NCBI GenBank assembly: GCA_013265495.1
Contig: MU058198.1
Span: 1,996,419 to 2,060,418, forward strand
Origin: Vicugna vicugna
Taxonomy: Eukaryota
DNA length: 64,000 bases
Direction: 5' to 3'
In this document: in pieces, positions 14,101-29,100 of the stretch
Position numbering within the stretch: the first letter of the stretch is position 1
Layout: every line of letters starts with the position of its first letter
Translations under genes and position numbers: made by a program
The notes under the pieces: generated by a model
The model's input: only the letters and a program-made list of their open reading frames with translations
Databases searched by the model: none
Told to the model about the DNA's origin: nothing

Positions 14101-17100
14101 GCTGCAAATGGCGTTATGTTGTCGGTTTTTATGGCTGAGTAGTATTCCATTGTATAAATATACCACATCTTTTTCCAGTCATCTGTTGATGGACATTTAG
14201 GCTGTTTCCATGTCTTGGCTATTGTAAATAATGCTGCTATGAACATTGGTCACCACTTCTATTCAACATAGTATTGGAAGTCTTAGCCATAGCAGTCAGA
14301 AAAGAAAAAGAAATGAAGGGGATCCAAATTGGAAGAGAAGAGGTAAAATTGGCACTATATGTGGATGACATGATACTATATATAGAAAACCCTAAAGGCT
14401 CTATACAAAAACTGCTAGAGCTGATAAAAAAAATTGGGCAAGGTAGCAGGATACAAGATTAACATACAGAAATCAATTGCATTTCTTTACACTAACAATG
14501 AAGTATCAGAAAAGGATAGTAAAGAAACAATCCCTTTTAAAATCCCATTCCAGAAAAATAAAATATTTAGGAATAAATCTGACCAAGGAGGTGAAAGACT
14601 TTTACATGGAGAACAACAAAACATTGATTAGGAAAATTCAGATGACTTAAAGAAATGGAAAGATATTCCATGTTCTTGGATTAGAAGAAATAGTATTAAA
14701 ATGGCCATACTACACAAAGCAACTTACAGATTTAGTGTTATCCCTATCAAATTATCCAGGACATTTTTCACAGAACTAGAACTAATAATCCTAAAATTTA
14801 TAAGAAGTCACAAAGACCCAGAATTTCCAAAGCATTACTGAAGAAAAAGAATGAAGCTGGAGGAATAACCCTCCCAGACTTCAGACAATACTGCAGAGCT
14901 ACAGTAATCAAAACACTGTGGTGTTGCTGAAAAAACAGACATATGGATCAATGGAACAGAATAAAGAGCCCAGAATTAAACCTACACATTTATGGTTAAT
15001 TAATCTTCAACAAAGGAGGCAAGAATATACAATGGAGAAAAGAATCTTTTCAGCAGGTGGTTGTGGGAAATCTTGATTGCTGCATGTAAATCAATGAAAT
15101 TAGAAAAAATTCCCTCACACCATACACAAAAATAAACTTAACATGACTTAAAGACTTAAATATCAGACAAGACAACTATAAACCTTCTACAAGAAAACAC
15201 AAGCAAAACATTTCTGACATAAATCTTAGCTATGTTCTAGGGAAGTCTACCCAGGCAGTAGAAATAAAAGCAAAAAACAAATTGGACCAAATTAAACTTA
15301 GAAGTTTTTGCACAGTAAAAGAAACCTTAAGCAAAACAAAAAGACAGTGGGATGAGAGAAGATATTTGCAAAAGATGGGACTGATGGCTTAATTTCCAGA
15401 ATATATAAAGAGCTCATACAACTTAATAAAAAAACACAAACAAGCCAATCCAAAAATGGGCAGAAGACCTAAAGAAGCAATTGTCCAATTAAGACATACA
15501 AATGCCCAATAAGCATATGAAAAAAATCCTTCATATTGCTATTATCAGAGAAATACAAATCAGAACTACCATGACATAACACCTCACAGCAGTCAGAATG
15601 GCCATCATTAAATAGTCCACAGATGATAAATGCTGGAGAGGATGTGGAGAAAAGGAACCCTTCTACATTGTTGGTGGAAATGTAGTTTGATGCAGTTACT
15701 GTGGAAAACAGTATGGAGTTTCCTCAGAAAACTAAAAATAGACTTCCCATATGATCCAGTAATCCCATTACTGGGCATATATCTGGATGGAACTCTAATT
15801 CAAAAAAGTACATGCATTTCAATGTTCATAGTAGCACTGTTTACAATGGCCAAGACATGGAAACAACCTAAATGTCCATCCACAGATGATTGGATAAAGA
15901 AGCCGTGGTGTATTTCTACGATGGAATACTATTCAGCCTTAAAAAAGAATAAAATAATGTCATTTGCAGCAGCATGAATGGACCTGGAGATTGTCATTCT
16001 AAGTGAAGTAAGCCAGAAAGTGAAAGAAAAATACCATATGATATCACTTATGTATGGAATCTTAAAAAAAAAAAGACACTAATGAACTTATTTACAAAAC
16101 AGAAACAGACTCACAGACATGGAAAACAAACTTACAGTTACCTGGAAGGGAAGGGTGTGGGAAGGGATCAATTAGGAGTTCAAGATTTGCATATACAAAC
16201 AACTATATATAAAATAGTTAAACAACAAGTTTCTTCTGTATATCACAGGGAGCTATATTTAACATCTTGTATTAACCTATAATGAAACAATATGAAAACA
16301 AATACATGTATAACTGAAACATTATGCTGTACACCAGAAATTAACATGTTACATTGTAAATTGACTATACTTCAATTAAAACAAATCATTTAAAAAAGGA
16401 AGCCATCAACAAAGTGAAAAGGAACCTACCAAATGAAGGAAAATATTTGCAAATGATGTATTTGACAAGGTTTTAATACGCAAAATATGTAAAGAACTCC
16501 TGCAACTCAATAGTGAAAAAAGAATCCTTTTTAAGATATGGGCAGGAGCTGAATAGCAGTTTTCCAAAAAGACATACAAATGACCAATAGGTACATCAAA
16601 AGGTGCTCAAATCACTACTCACCAGGGAAATGCAAACCAAAACCACAATGATTTATCATCTACACTTGTTAGAATGGCTATTATTAAAAAAGATAAGAGA
16701 AAAAGACAAGAAATAACAAGTATTAGCAAAGATGTAGACAAAAGGGAACCCTCATGCCCTGTTGGTGGGAATGTAAATTGGTATTGCCAGTATGGCAAAT
16801 AGTATGGAGGAATCTCAAAAAAAAAAAAATAGAACTACTATATGATTCAGCCATCCCACTTTGGATATTTATCTGAAGGAAATGAAAACACTCACTCAGA
16901 AAGATATATGCACACCCATGTTCACTGTAACATTGTTTACAACAGCCAAGACATAGAGGTAAACTACATGTTCTTCCATGGATGAATGGGTTAGGAAGAT
17001 GTGGAGCTGATGTTCCTACCAACCTGGGTTGTTCACCTTGGAGTTTTCATATGAATGCAAAATTTCGGTCTTAAAGATTCTTTGGGGCCTCTTTTATTTA

Positions 17101-20100
17101 GCAGTGTAGCCTTCACCCTAATTCAATGATTCTCAAAGTCTGGTCCTCTGACCAGCAGCATTTTAAATGTTAACCTGGAAATGTGTTAGAAATGCGAGTT
17201 CTCATGGGTAGATGGATGGATAAAGAAGATGTGGTATATTATACAATGAAATATGATTCAGACATTAAAAAAGGAAAATCTGGTTGTAAGAGGCCTGGCA
17301 TGGGGACTGGGCTAAATGGATGAAGAAGGTCGAAAATTACAAGCTTCAAATTATAAAATAAACAAATCATGGGATTGTAATTACAGCATGGTGACTACAG
17401 TTAATAATACTATACTGTAAATTTGAAAGTTGCTAATAGAATAAATCTTAAAAGTTCTCATAAGAAAAAAATGTAACTACGTATGGTGCAGGATGTTAAC
17501 TAGACTTATTATCTTGATCATTTCACAATATATACAAATATCAAACCATTATGTTATATGCTTAGAACTAATATATTATTATATGGCAATGATATTCAAT
17601 AAAAATATATTTATAAATAGGATAAATGATTCATATGGTTTGAATGGTCTTATAGTTTCTTTTTTACATATTGCCAAATAATTCACCACAAACCCTGGAC
17701 TTACTGTTATTAATATTTAAATTTCTTGAGGGGAAAAGTTAAATATTCCAGACTTCTCTGTTTTTCACAGCATCTGTACAGTACCTATACAGTTCACAAA
17801 TACAGTAACTGGTAAATACATTGAAATACAGCAAATTATGTAAATGTTTTTATTACCAATATAAGCCATACCCATTGTAGAAAATAAATATATATAAACA
17901 AAAAAGAAAGGAAAGAGAAAATTAAGACAGCTAATCCCACCTTCCAGGTATAACTCTTGATATTTTCCTGTAAGTATTCTTCTGTGGGAATCAGTGCTAA
18001 TTCTTTGGAGTAATTCACAAATAGACTGAATTTGAGGTGCTAACTTTCAACATCTTATGTTCTCTCACCAAAATTCAGCTTTTGTCGTATCTCTGGCTTA
18101 TTTGTAGGTCGTTACCCTCCCACAAGAGGAGAAGTCTATGTTGATGGATATGACATCACAAAGAACATAACTAAGATTCGAGAAAGCTTGGGCTTCTGCC
18201 CTCAGCATGACTTGTTGTTTAATGACCTGACCCTGTCAGAACACCTTTTTTTCTACTCTGTGGTGAGTCAGATTTTTTTAATTGTACAGGAAATTTAACT
18301 TCTTTCCCTTTTTATACAGATCTATGAAATTTAACTCACTTAATCAACAGCACAATCAGGATACAGAACAGTTTCATAACCCCAAAACACTCCCTCATGC
18401 AATTCCTTTGTATTCATCCCTCTCCCCAGGTAACCACTGGTCTGTCCTTTATCACAGCTGTTTTGTCTTGTTGAGAATATCACATAAATGGAATCATATA
18501 GTATGTAATCTTCAGAGATTATCTACTTACACAGAGCATAGTGCCTTTGAGATCCATCTGTGCTGTTGCATGATCACCAGTGTGTTTCTTTTCTTTTTTT
18601 TTTATTGATTTATAATCATTTTACAATGTTGTGTCAAATTCCAGTGTTCAGCACAATTTTTCAGTCATACATGGACATATACACACTCATTGTCACATTT
18701 TTTTCTCTGTGAGCTACCATAACATTTTGTGTATATTTCCCTGTGCTATACAGTATAATCTTGTTTATCTATTCTACAATTTTGAAATCACCAGTGTGTT
18801 TCTTTTAATTGCTAAGTAGTATTTCATGTTTGGATGTAACACAGTGTACCAACTGAAGGACACCTGGGTTATTTCCAAGCTTGGTGAGTATAAATAAATC
18901 TGTTTTGAGTTTCATAAACAAACATAAGTTTTTACTTCTCACAGAGTAGGATAACTGGATCATAGTAGAAGTGTTTATAAGGGATTGCCAAACTGTTTTC
19001 CAGAGTGGCACCCCCACCAACAATATATGAGAGTTCTGAGTGCTCCACATACTTGCCAAAACTTGATATTACTACTTTTTTAAATTCACCACTCTAATAG
19101 ATGTGTAGTTCTAGGTAATCATGGTTTTAATTTGCATTTTGTGGATAGTTAATGATGTTGACCATCTTTTATGTGCTTATTTGCCATTTTCATAGCCTTT
19201 TTGGTGACATATTTGTTCAGACCCTTTGTCCTTTTTTAAAATACAGGTTGTTTGTTTCCTTATTATTGAATTTTTGAGAATTCTTATATATATTCTAGAT
19301 ATGTCCTTTGTTGCATATGTGCTTTGCAAGTATTTTCCCCCAACTGTAGCTTATTTTTTCATTTTCTTGACAAGGTGTTTTGCAGGGCAAAAGTTTTTAA
19401 GTATCAAAATTCAGTTTCTATCACGTTTTTCTTAATGTTCTGGTTCTTGCTATCTTTTCTAGAACTCTGTGCCTAACCCTAGGAAATGAAAATTTTATTC
19501 TGTATTTTCTTCCAAATTTTTGTAGTTTTACATGTTAAACTATGATCTATGATCCATTTTGAGTTAGTCTTTGTATAAAGATGAAAAGTTTAGGTCTCGT
19601 TCATTTTTTGTATATAGATTAATTGTTCTAACACCAATTTTTGAAAATGCTGTTTGTTCATCTGTGAGTTGTTTTTGCACATTTGTGAAAGATCAAATGG
19701 TTGTATTTATATGGGCTTATTTCTGAGCTCTCTTTTCTGTTCCACTGATCTATGTGTATATCCTTTGCAAATACCACACTGTCCTCAGTAGTGTAGCTTT
19801 GCATTTGGTCTCAATATAAATAGTGCTATTTATCCAACTATATTCTTTTCCAAAAAGATTTTAGCTATTACAGCTGCTTGGCCCTTAATAACATTTTTTT
19901 GCATTATCTTTTGTATGTTTACAAAAGTTCTGCTGTGGTTTTGATCAGTACTGCATTAAATCTACTAATCACTTTGGAGAAAATTAACATTGTTACTATG
20001 TTGAGATTTCAAGTATCTCTCTGCATTAAATTAGGTCTTTGATTTCTTTTATCACCATTTTTAGTTATCAGTGTACAGATTCAATACTTTACTAGGGGTG

Positions 20101-23100
20101 TGTGTACGTGTGTGTTCCATTTCATTATTTGGAGCTTTTAATTTTTTAATTTCTAATTCATTTATTGTACACAGAAAAATGACTGATATTTACGTGTTGA
20201 CCTATTATCTTCTGACCTTGTTAATAAGCTCACTTACTAGGTTTAGGATTTTTTTTTGGTAGTGTCTGTGGTTTTGTACACAATCGTGTCATCAAAGAAG
20301 AGGGAGAGTTTCTTTTTTGTGTGCCAGTCTGTATTCCTTTTATTTCTTTTTCTTTCCTGTTTCACTGGCTAGGAACAGTATGTTGTTGAATATGATTATT
20401 GAAATGGGCATTCTTGACTTTTTCTTGATCTCAGGGGGAAAGTATTCAGTCTTTCATCACCAAGAGGGTTTTTGTGTATACCCTTTAGCACATTTGAGAA
20501 CGTTGTTTCTGTTCTCAGTTTGCTGAGAGTTTTTATTATGAGTGAATATTGCATTTAACTAAAGGCTTTTCCTGTATCTATTAATGACTGTGTGGTTTTT
20601 CTTCTTCTTTAGACTGTTAATGTGGTGGATTACACTGATTGATTTTCAAATATTTAAACAGCCTTACATTCAGAGGATAATCCTCACTTGGTCATGGATT
20701 TCTTTAATTCATGTCCCAATTTGGTTTGGTAATGTTTTGTTCAGAACTAAGTTTGTGAGGTGTATTAGCCTGTACCCCCTTTTTGTTTTGCCTTTGTCTG
20801 GTGTTAGTATCAGGGTAGTACTGGCTTCATAAAATGAGTTGGGAAGTGTTCCTTCCTTTTCTATTTTCTGGAAAAAATTATAAATTGTTTTATTTATTTT
20901 ATTTTTATTTAATTGATTGATTAATTGATTTTAATTTATTTCTTCTTAAATGTTAGGTAAAGTTTACTAGTAAAACCACCTGAATCTGGAGATTTATTTT
21001 TTGATGTTCTAAACCATAGATTCAATTTATTTAAGAGCCATCCAGCAGTCCCACTTTAGATGTATATCCAAAGGACACAAAATCAGGATCTTGAAGAGAT
21101 ATCTGCACTCTTATTCACAATAACCAAGATATAGAAACAACCTAAATGTCCATCAACCGATGAAAGGATAAAAAAAATGTGGTATACCTGTATGTAATGG
21201 AAATTATTCAGCCTTAAAAAAATAAGAAAATCCTGACATTTGTGACAACATGGATTAGCCTGGAGGACATCATGCTAAGTGAAGTAAACTAGACACAGAA
21301 TGACAAATACTGCCTGATCTCACTTGTATGTAGAATCTAAAACGGTGAAACTCATAGGAGCAGAGAACAGAATGGTAGTTACGAGGGACTGGGAGTGGAT
21401 AGGGAGATGGGGAGATTTTGGTCAACTGACAACAAGGTATCAGTTGTTCAGGAAGAACAATTTCTGGAGAACTAATGTACAACAATGAGTTAACAATACT
21501 GTATTTCATACTGAAATTTGCTGACATGATTGGTTTTAAATGTTTCTTACCACAGGGAGAAAAAAGGAAGAAAACAGAAATTATGTGAGGTGATGAATGT
21601 GTTCACTATTAGCTTGACTGTGGTGATAATTTCCATATAGTATATGTGTAAAGTTGTCCACCTTAAATGCTTATAGTTTTTAAATATCAATTGCATCTCA
21701 ATAAAGCTGGGAAAAAAACAAATGCAATTTGTTTAAGGACTATTATAGGAATATTCAGATGTTATTTGTTTCATATTGGATGAGGTATGGTACTTTGTGA
21801 TTTTTAAGGAATTGCTGTATTTCATCTAAGTTGACAGCTTATGAATAGAGCTATTTATAGTATTTGCTCATTATCCTTTTAATGTCTGTGGGTCTGTAGT
21901 AATATCATCTCTTCTTTTTGATATTGGTAAGTTGTAATTCTCTTTTTTTCCTCTGTCATTCATACTAAAAGTTTATCCAGTTTCATTATCTTTTCAAAGA
22001 ATCAGCTTTAAGTTCATTGAGTTTTCTCTATTACATTTTGCTTTTTTATTTCATGCATTAAGCCTATGTATTTATTATATTCTTCCTTTGACTGCATTTG
22101 GGGTTTTTGCTCTCCTTTTTCTTGTTTCTAAGGTCAAAGTTTAGGCAATTGATTGGAGGTGTTTTTTCTTTCTAATGTAAGCATTTATGGCTATGGTTTT
22201 TCTTTAAGTACTCCTTTAGCTACATCCCACAAATTTTTATCTCACTTGCTATATTTTCATTTTTATTCAGTTCAAAATATTTTCTGTGCTTCTTGAGACT
22301 TCTGTGACAATATCATTTACAAATATTTTCTTTAATGTCAAGTGATGAAAAGTTGTCCTGTTTTCTTTCTGTTATTTTAGTTTAATTATGTTTTGGTCAG
22401 AGATCATACTTTGTTGTTATTTCAAATGTTTTAAAATTGCTACAGTTTTATGACCCAAATATGGTGTCTTGGTGACTGTTATATGCTCCTGAGAAGAATG
22501 TTTCTGCTGTTAGGTTGGAATTTTCTATAAACATCAGTTGATTCAGTAACTTAAGGTTGTTGTTTAGTTCTTCTGTTATGTTTGCTGATTTCTGCCTAGT
22601 GGTTCAGTATTTGAGTAAGGAGTACTGAAATTTCCTATTATAGTCATGTATTTTTCTATTCATCATTTCAGTTATTCCTTTTTGTTTTCTCTGTTTTAAG
22701 TTCTATTGTTAGGTTATGCATATGTAAGATTATTTAGGACCCTGTCACAATATCAAAATGTAATGTCCCTCTTTTATCTCTGGTGCTTTTCTTTGCTCTG
22801 AAGTCAACTTTATCTGATACTAATATAACCATTCCAGCTTTCTTTTGATTTGTGTTTGCACAGTATATCTTCTTCAAATACTTCACTTTAAACCTACCTA
22901 TATAATTAAAATTTAAATGAGTTTCTTGTAGACATTGTGTAGCCAACTCATATTTTTTAATACAATCTGATGATGTATCTTTTAATTGATGTGTTTAGAC
23001 CATTTATTTTTGATCTAAGTATTGATATGTTTGGATTTAAATCTACCATTTTATTATTTGTTTTCTGTTTCTTCTCACTGCACTTTCCCTCTGTTTCTAC

Positions 23101-26100
23101 TTTCCAGTCTTTGGTTATTTAAACATTTTTTAGTATTCTATTTTAATTTGTCAATTGTGATTTTTACTATATCTCTCATCCACATTCTTAGTGGTTGCTC
23201 TAAGGATTACAAAATATAGACTAGGCTTTTCACAGTTATTTAGAATCAGCGTTTTCCAACTTTATATGGAATGTAGAAACCTTACCACATTGCAGGTGTT
23301 TTATCCACCTTCCTTTATGCTATAGGTGTTATACATTACACCTACATATATTGAAAACATTATCAGAAAATGTTATATTTTTTGCTTAAAATCATCTAGC
23401 ATGTTGAAAGAACCATAAGAGAATAATAGTTTTTGTATTTACCATTCCTGTTGTACTTTTATCATTTGTGAAGTTCCAAGTTTTCTGTTTAATTTCTTTT
23501 GTTTGGAAAACATTCTTTTATTAGATGTTTTATATCGATACCATTAGCTATTAATTCACTTAGTTTTTCCTTCGCCTGAGAGTATCTTTAATTCACTGTC
23601 ATTCCACAGGAATATTTTTGCTTGATACAGAAATCTAAGTTGACAGTTCTTTTCTTTCAGCACTTAAAAAATGTGGTTCCAAATAATGGACAGCACGGTT
23701 TCTGATGAAAAATCCATAACCATCTGAATTGTTTTCTTATAGATAATTTGTCATTTTTTCTGGGTGATCTCAATATTTTTCTTTATTTTTACATTTCAGG
23801 AATTTGGTTGTGATTTGTCTGGTTTTGATTTCTTTGAATCTTTCTTGATCTGGTTCAATAAGTTTCTTCATTCTGTAGGTTTGTGTCTTTTGCCAAACAT
23901 GGGAACTTTTCAGTCACTATGTCTTCAAATATTATTTTACCCATGTATTCTTTTTTCTCTTCTTCTAGAACTTCAATGATATGAATATTGGACATTTTGT
24001 TGTTGTCTCAAAAGTCCCTTAGGCTTTGTTTCATTTTCTTCAATCTTTTTTTCTCTTCAGATTGGATAATTTCCATTGATCTGTCTTCAAGTTCATTGAC
24101 TCTTTCCTCTGTCACATCTGTTCTGTTATTGAGCACATCATCTATAGTTGGATGATACTTGCTATGTTAATTCCAACATCCATGCCATCCAATCATTAAT
24201 ATCTGTTGATTATCTTTTCTGGTGTGAGCTGATAATGTTATGATTCTTTGTGTGCCAAGTAATTTTTCTTTTTATCTTGGATATTTTCAACAATACCTCA
24301 TGAGACTTTACATGTTATTTATATCTTATCTTTGGGCTGTGGTTCCAGTGTCAGTTTCAAAGACTTTGGGGTGTTAGTCCCAGTCTCTCCCATGGTCAGC
24401 TCATACCTGTATAGGAGTTTATTCATTAGTGTAATTTTTAAAGTTGCTATACTAATTAGGATTAGATCCACGTGTGCAAATAATGGGTTAAACACATGAG
24501 TTCATAAACAACTTTATGATATTACTTTCCTGTTCCACTCTGCTGTTTTCTCCCTAACATTCTGATTCCCCAGGATTTCCCTTTTAGTCCTCCAGCCAGA
24601 AATTGCCCGCTTTCATGATTGTGCCACACGCAAGTGGCAGGAAGACAAAATGGTAAAAAGCGATTGGGTTTAGTTATGTCTTTTTTGAGCCATGGGTCTA
24701 CTGAACTGAGAAGAAGATTTCCTCCCCCTCGGAGTTTTGGCTTTTGCAGGATTCCCACTCTTTTCCAGTCTTGCCACCATTCCTGTCCCAAGACTTCCCA
24801 TGGGGTGGAGCACAAGAGAACAGAAGGGGAAAAATGGGACTGCCCCTCCCACATTTCCTCAGAGCTTTAGAGTTTTCCCTTTTCCACTCTTCTAGAGGAT
24901 TTATCCTTAACCTCATTCTGTCTGCACTACAGTGCTCACTTCCAGGCTTTGGACTGCTTTCAACTCAGGCTGGAGGACAGGATACATAAGGGAAAGATGG
25001 TAAACTCAACACTGGTTCAGTGGCACTTCAGATTATGATGTTCTTCCTGATCCAACTGCTGATGTTTACTTTTTATAGTTCTCCAGGTTTAATAATCGAA
25101 TTCAGTGAGAGATAAAGGGGTGTGTGTGTTTACTTCATCATACCTGGAAGCTAGAGATAGGTTTCTTGTCTGCCTCTATTCATGATCTTCAGGTGTCTTT
25201 ATAAATTCTGAAAATTCTTTTTTTAGGAACTCTCCTATAGACATAAAGGGAGGCAATGGAAAGAAGACACTACGTAGCTGATGTCACAAAAGAGCTGGTA
25301 TAAAATCTTTAAAGGATAAGATTACAAGAAACTTCATTTATGTATATAGATACATTTAAAAAAAACCTTATGATCTAAGAACATTCTGAGGATAAAATTG
25401 GATGCACCGTGTAAATTCTGGCTTCTCTTTCTAGGTAAAAAGTGTATCCCACAAAGTGTCTCCTGTGGAAATTGACCATATGCTGTCTACTTTTAACCTG
25501 CTAGAAAAGCGTGATGCATTTTCACAGTCACTGAGTGGAGGAATGAAGCGCAAACTCTCCATCATTATAGCACTTTTAGGGGGCTCCAAGGTATTAAGAA
25601 AGAGAGAATGAGAGAGAGGGCGGGTGGGCAGAGAGAGGGGCACTAAAAATGGTTTTCTGCCAGCTGGTCTAGAAAGCTCAGCTGAAGAAAACCTGAGAGT
25701 TCATGTGAATCTTAAAGGAACATTGCCAGTAATAATCAGAAGGAAATGGCATTATTGGTTCAACTGATATATTATAGTTTGGGATTATTATTTTTCCTAG
25801 AGTTTTTACCGCCATTTTTAGTCTAGACTCTCCATATTTACTTAAATGTGTTCCCCTCAAGTAGTAAATTTTCCCACAAGTAGCATATCATCAATTATCA
25901 ATGGTTATAGAATTGTTCTTCTGGTTTTTAGGTAGTGATACTTGACGAACCATCATCTGGCATGGACCCAGTCTCAAGGAGGGCCACCTGGGATCTCCTT
26001 CAGCAATTTAAACGCAATCGTACCATCTTACTGACCACCCACTACATGGATGAAGCTGACGTCCTGGGTGACCGAATTGCCATCATGATCAATGGGACCC

Positions 26101-29100
26101 TGCGGTGCTGTGGCTCTTCAATCTTCCTGAAACAAACATATGGTCTCTCCTCCCTTTGATCATTCTTAGGATATTGGTGCCTTAATAGTCTTCTAACAAG
26201 ATTTTAATTATATTTTGTGTATATATCAAAAACTTTGGTGACTCCCTCTGTCCTATTAATTAGGTCACAACTGTTCTAATTGCTTTTTAAGGCCCTTTAG
26301 AATCTGGATATTCTTTACATATACTCACTCTTTCTCCAATACATAACTTTACACTCAGGAAATGCTTTTATCAAAGTCTACAAAACCTATGCTTGTATCT
26401 TCCATTTTGAACCTACTAACAGTTTTCTTTGTCCCTGGAATGCAGTTGTGCCCTCTAATAGGTTCATTTTAGGTGAGTGACTGGTTTATGAAGAGAGAAA
26501 GTAGATAAATCAATTATTTCTGATCCACATATCTCATTTGCCAAACTAATATCAATCCCCCATTGTGATGAGATAGCTCTAAAATGTGGCAATTGACAAT
26601 GAAGATGTAGTGCAGAATGAAAAAATCATATAAGTGAAATAAAAGAGTCTTTGACTCTGATAAAGCTTTTTTAAGAGATAAAACTGATACATCAAACAGT
26701 GAACTATTGAGGGCTAAAATTACAGTAATAGGAGTCCCAATTTAGAGGGTATAAACATAAATGGAGATAAGGATGAATTGCTTCCTCATTCATTTATTCA
26801 ATATTTGCATTTATTCAACTGATCTTAATTATTTCCTCCATACTGGTTACTATGGTATCCACTTTATATAGCATGTTTAATATTCATTTAATATTCATTT
26901 AATATTCCCATTTTACAGAATACAGAACTATGGCTCAGGTATATCAAAAATTTATCTAAGTCATATTTATATACCCAGTTAGTTCAAAGTTTATAATCAT
27001 CTTATAGGTTTGAGTTTTACAGTTGACTTGTAAGGGATTCTATATCCAAAATTATTTATGCCATTTGAATTGGATGTTAGCCTGAGATAAGGGACACATG
27101 ATTTAAACAGCTATGCTTCTGATAAATAAATACAATAATTTCTAATATTCACTAACTTTACTATTTTTTGGTAAAATAATACAACATATATGTAACTAGA
27201 TACATTAAAGTCATAATATTTTGGGATGTTCAAGTCCCTTTTTATAGGTACTAAACTTTCATTATGCTTAAACTGAACTTCTTGCATTTTACTTGAAAGC
27301 CTGGGATTTGTGTTCACTTCTTTGAGAGCATACAAAATTCCACGTTAGTATCAGTATACACTTCTCACTAACTACTTTGCCTCTCTGTCCTAAAAGGACA
27401 GACAGTTGAGAAGCTTATTGTCATGATTCTTGAGAAGTAAAAAGTAATTTACATATAATTTTGTAAGTAAACCAAAAGTAGCTTGGGTCCCCATGGCTGG
27501 TAAATAATGGATAGGTCACTTCATTCTCTGGATGTCAGTTGCCTCATTTTCAAAATGGAGTAATAGTGTCTTCCCCACCATAAGCCAGGTAAAATAAACC
27601 AGATTATCAGCTAAGAGATCTATACTTAAAACCTGTTACTCTTTTTATAAATGTTTTAAGGAATATAAATGCAAGTACAATGACAATCTGAAATGCACAT
27701 ATTGAAAAGCAATGATGTTTTCCTCCAATTCCATAAAGTAATTTCTCTATATAGGCAAAGTACTAATTAAGTATAAAGTTCTCTGATTTCTTTGAGATCC
27801 TTATCAAAAATCATATTCTTGGGCTTTCCATAGATGTCTGTCTAAAATTTAACAACATTCCTTCAACATTTCATATCTCCCTTCTTTGCTTTATTTTATC
27901 TAACACATCCTTTATTCTAACTTACTCCTCTTTATTAGTATCTGTCTCCTTTGACTAGAAAGTAGCTCTCAAGGAGGCAGGAATTTTTACGTGCTTTGTT
28001 CACTGCTCTATCTGCAGGGCCTAGATGAATACTTAATACACAGTGGACAGCCAATGATAATAAATGAATATTTATCAAGATTAGAGTTTCAAAAATAACT
28101 AACTAGATAACAGGGGCCTTTTTTCATACATATACTGTATCTGGTTATATACACTAAATTATTGTCTTTCATCAAGAAAATTATTGAAATTATAGAGGAA
28201 GTTGCTGTTTATTCAATGTCTTAGTTCTTGGAACAACATTTGGAAGTTTCAGGTATGAGACTCCTCAGAGTTATAACAAAATATCTACGACATACCATGT
28301 CTTCTTCCCTATGGACCTGGATACCTGAATCATGGCGAGCCAAATTTGGTCCTACAGGGAAATGAAAAAGTACAAAACTACTTCATCTGGTCTTCTAAAT
28401 GGTTTCTCTCAGGTGCTGGATATCACATAGTCATGGAGAGGGAACCACATTGTGATGTTGATGAGGTCTCTGCAATGATTCAGTCTCATATTCCGGGTGC
28501 CGTTTTGGAAAACTGTTTTGGAGCAGAATTATCATTTATCCTACCCAAAGAGCATACACACAGGTATAGATTCAGAGATTTCTACATAAATGTTTTGGGT
28601 GCCAGAAACCGTTCTGAATTTTCCAAGTTTAGTAAGCTTAGTGAGTGGTGTTTTGCTAACAAGCAAGATCTCCAGTTACAGGTATCATTTGTCAACTGAA
28701 GTTGAGAAGTTCACAGCTGAAGATTCCTCTCACTGTACAGAGGATTGCCTCATAAGTTCAAGCTCATTCAAGGCTTATTTGATATTTTTCCTCTGGGGTT
28801 TGTGTGTGTCTGTGTGTGTGTGTGTGTAGGAAAGTTTGCAAACTAGTGCCTATAGCTAGCTTCCTGGTGTTAAATAGTGTATAACTAATGGTAAAATGTT
28901 TATGGTATACAAATTTTATGTAGTGAGTAAGGTCGAGAAGAATATTAAGATGATGAAAGAAAAAAGTAGTTTAAATGGCAACTCTTGGAGCAAGGGTGAC
29001 GAAGACACAGAGAAAACAGGGAGTTTGATCTCAGTAGTTAGCCAAATTAATAATACAGAGGAGACACAGGGATGATAATTCTGCCTGGGATTCTCATTTT

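Larger units (their letters stand above)
18280..25155 (-). mobile_element. Ancient near-full-length L1 (L1MC/MD-like) from 3' UTR to 5' UTR, with nested inserts
   Basis: Continuous antisense L1 text. Minus ORF 22734-22946 is endonuclease-like (CLQETHL...[25 protein letters not shown]). ORF1 region about 23600-24200. Confidence 0.88.

Noticed and set aside
24522..24989. Cluster of overlapping ORFs on both strands
   Set aside because: It lies in the GC-richer 5' UTR of the ancient antisense L1 and has no recognisable protein motif.
26876..26908. tttaatattca repeated about three times, as a CRISPR-like or regulatory array
   Set aside because: Short AT-rich tandem duplication with no spacers.
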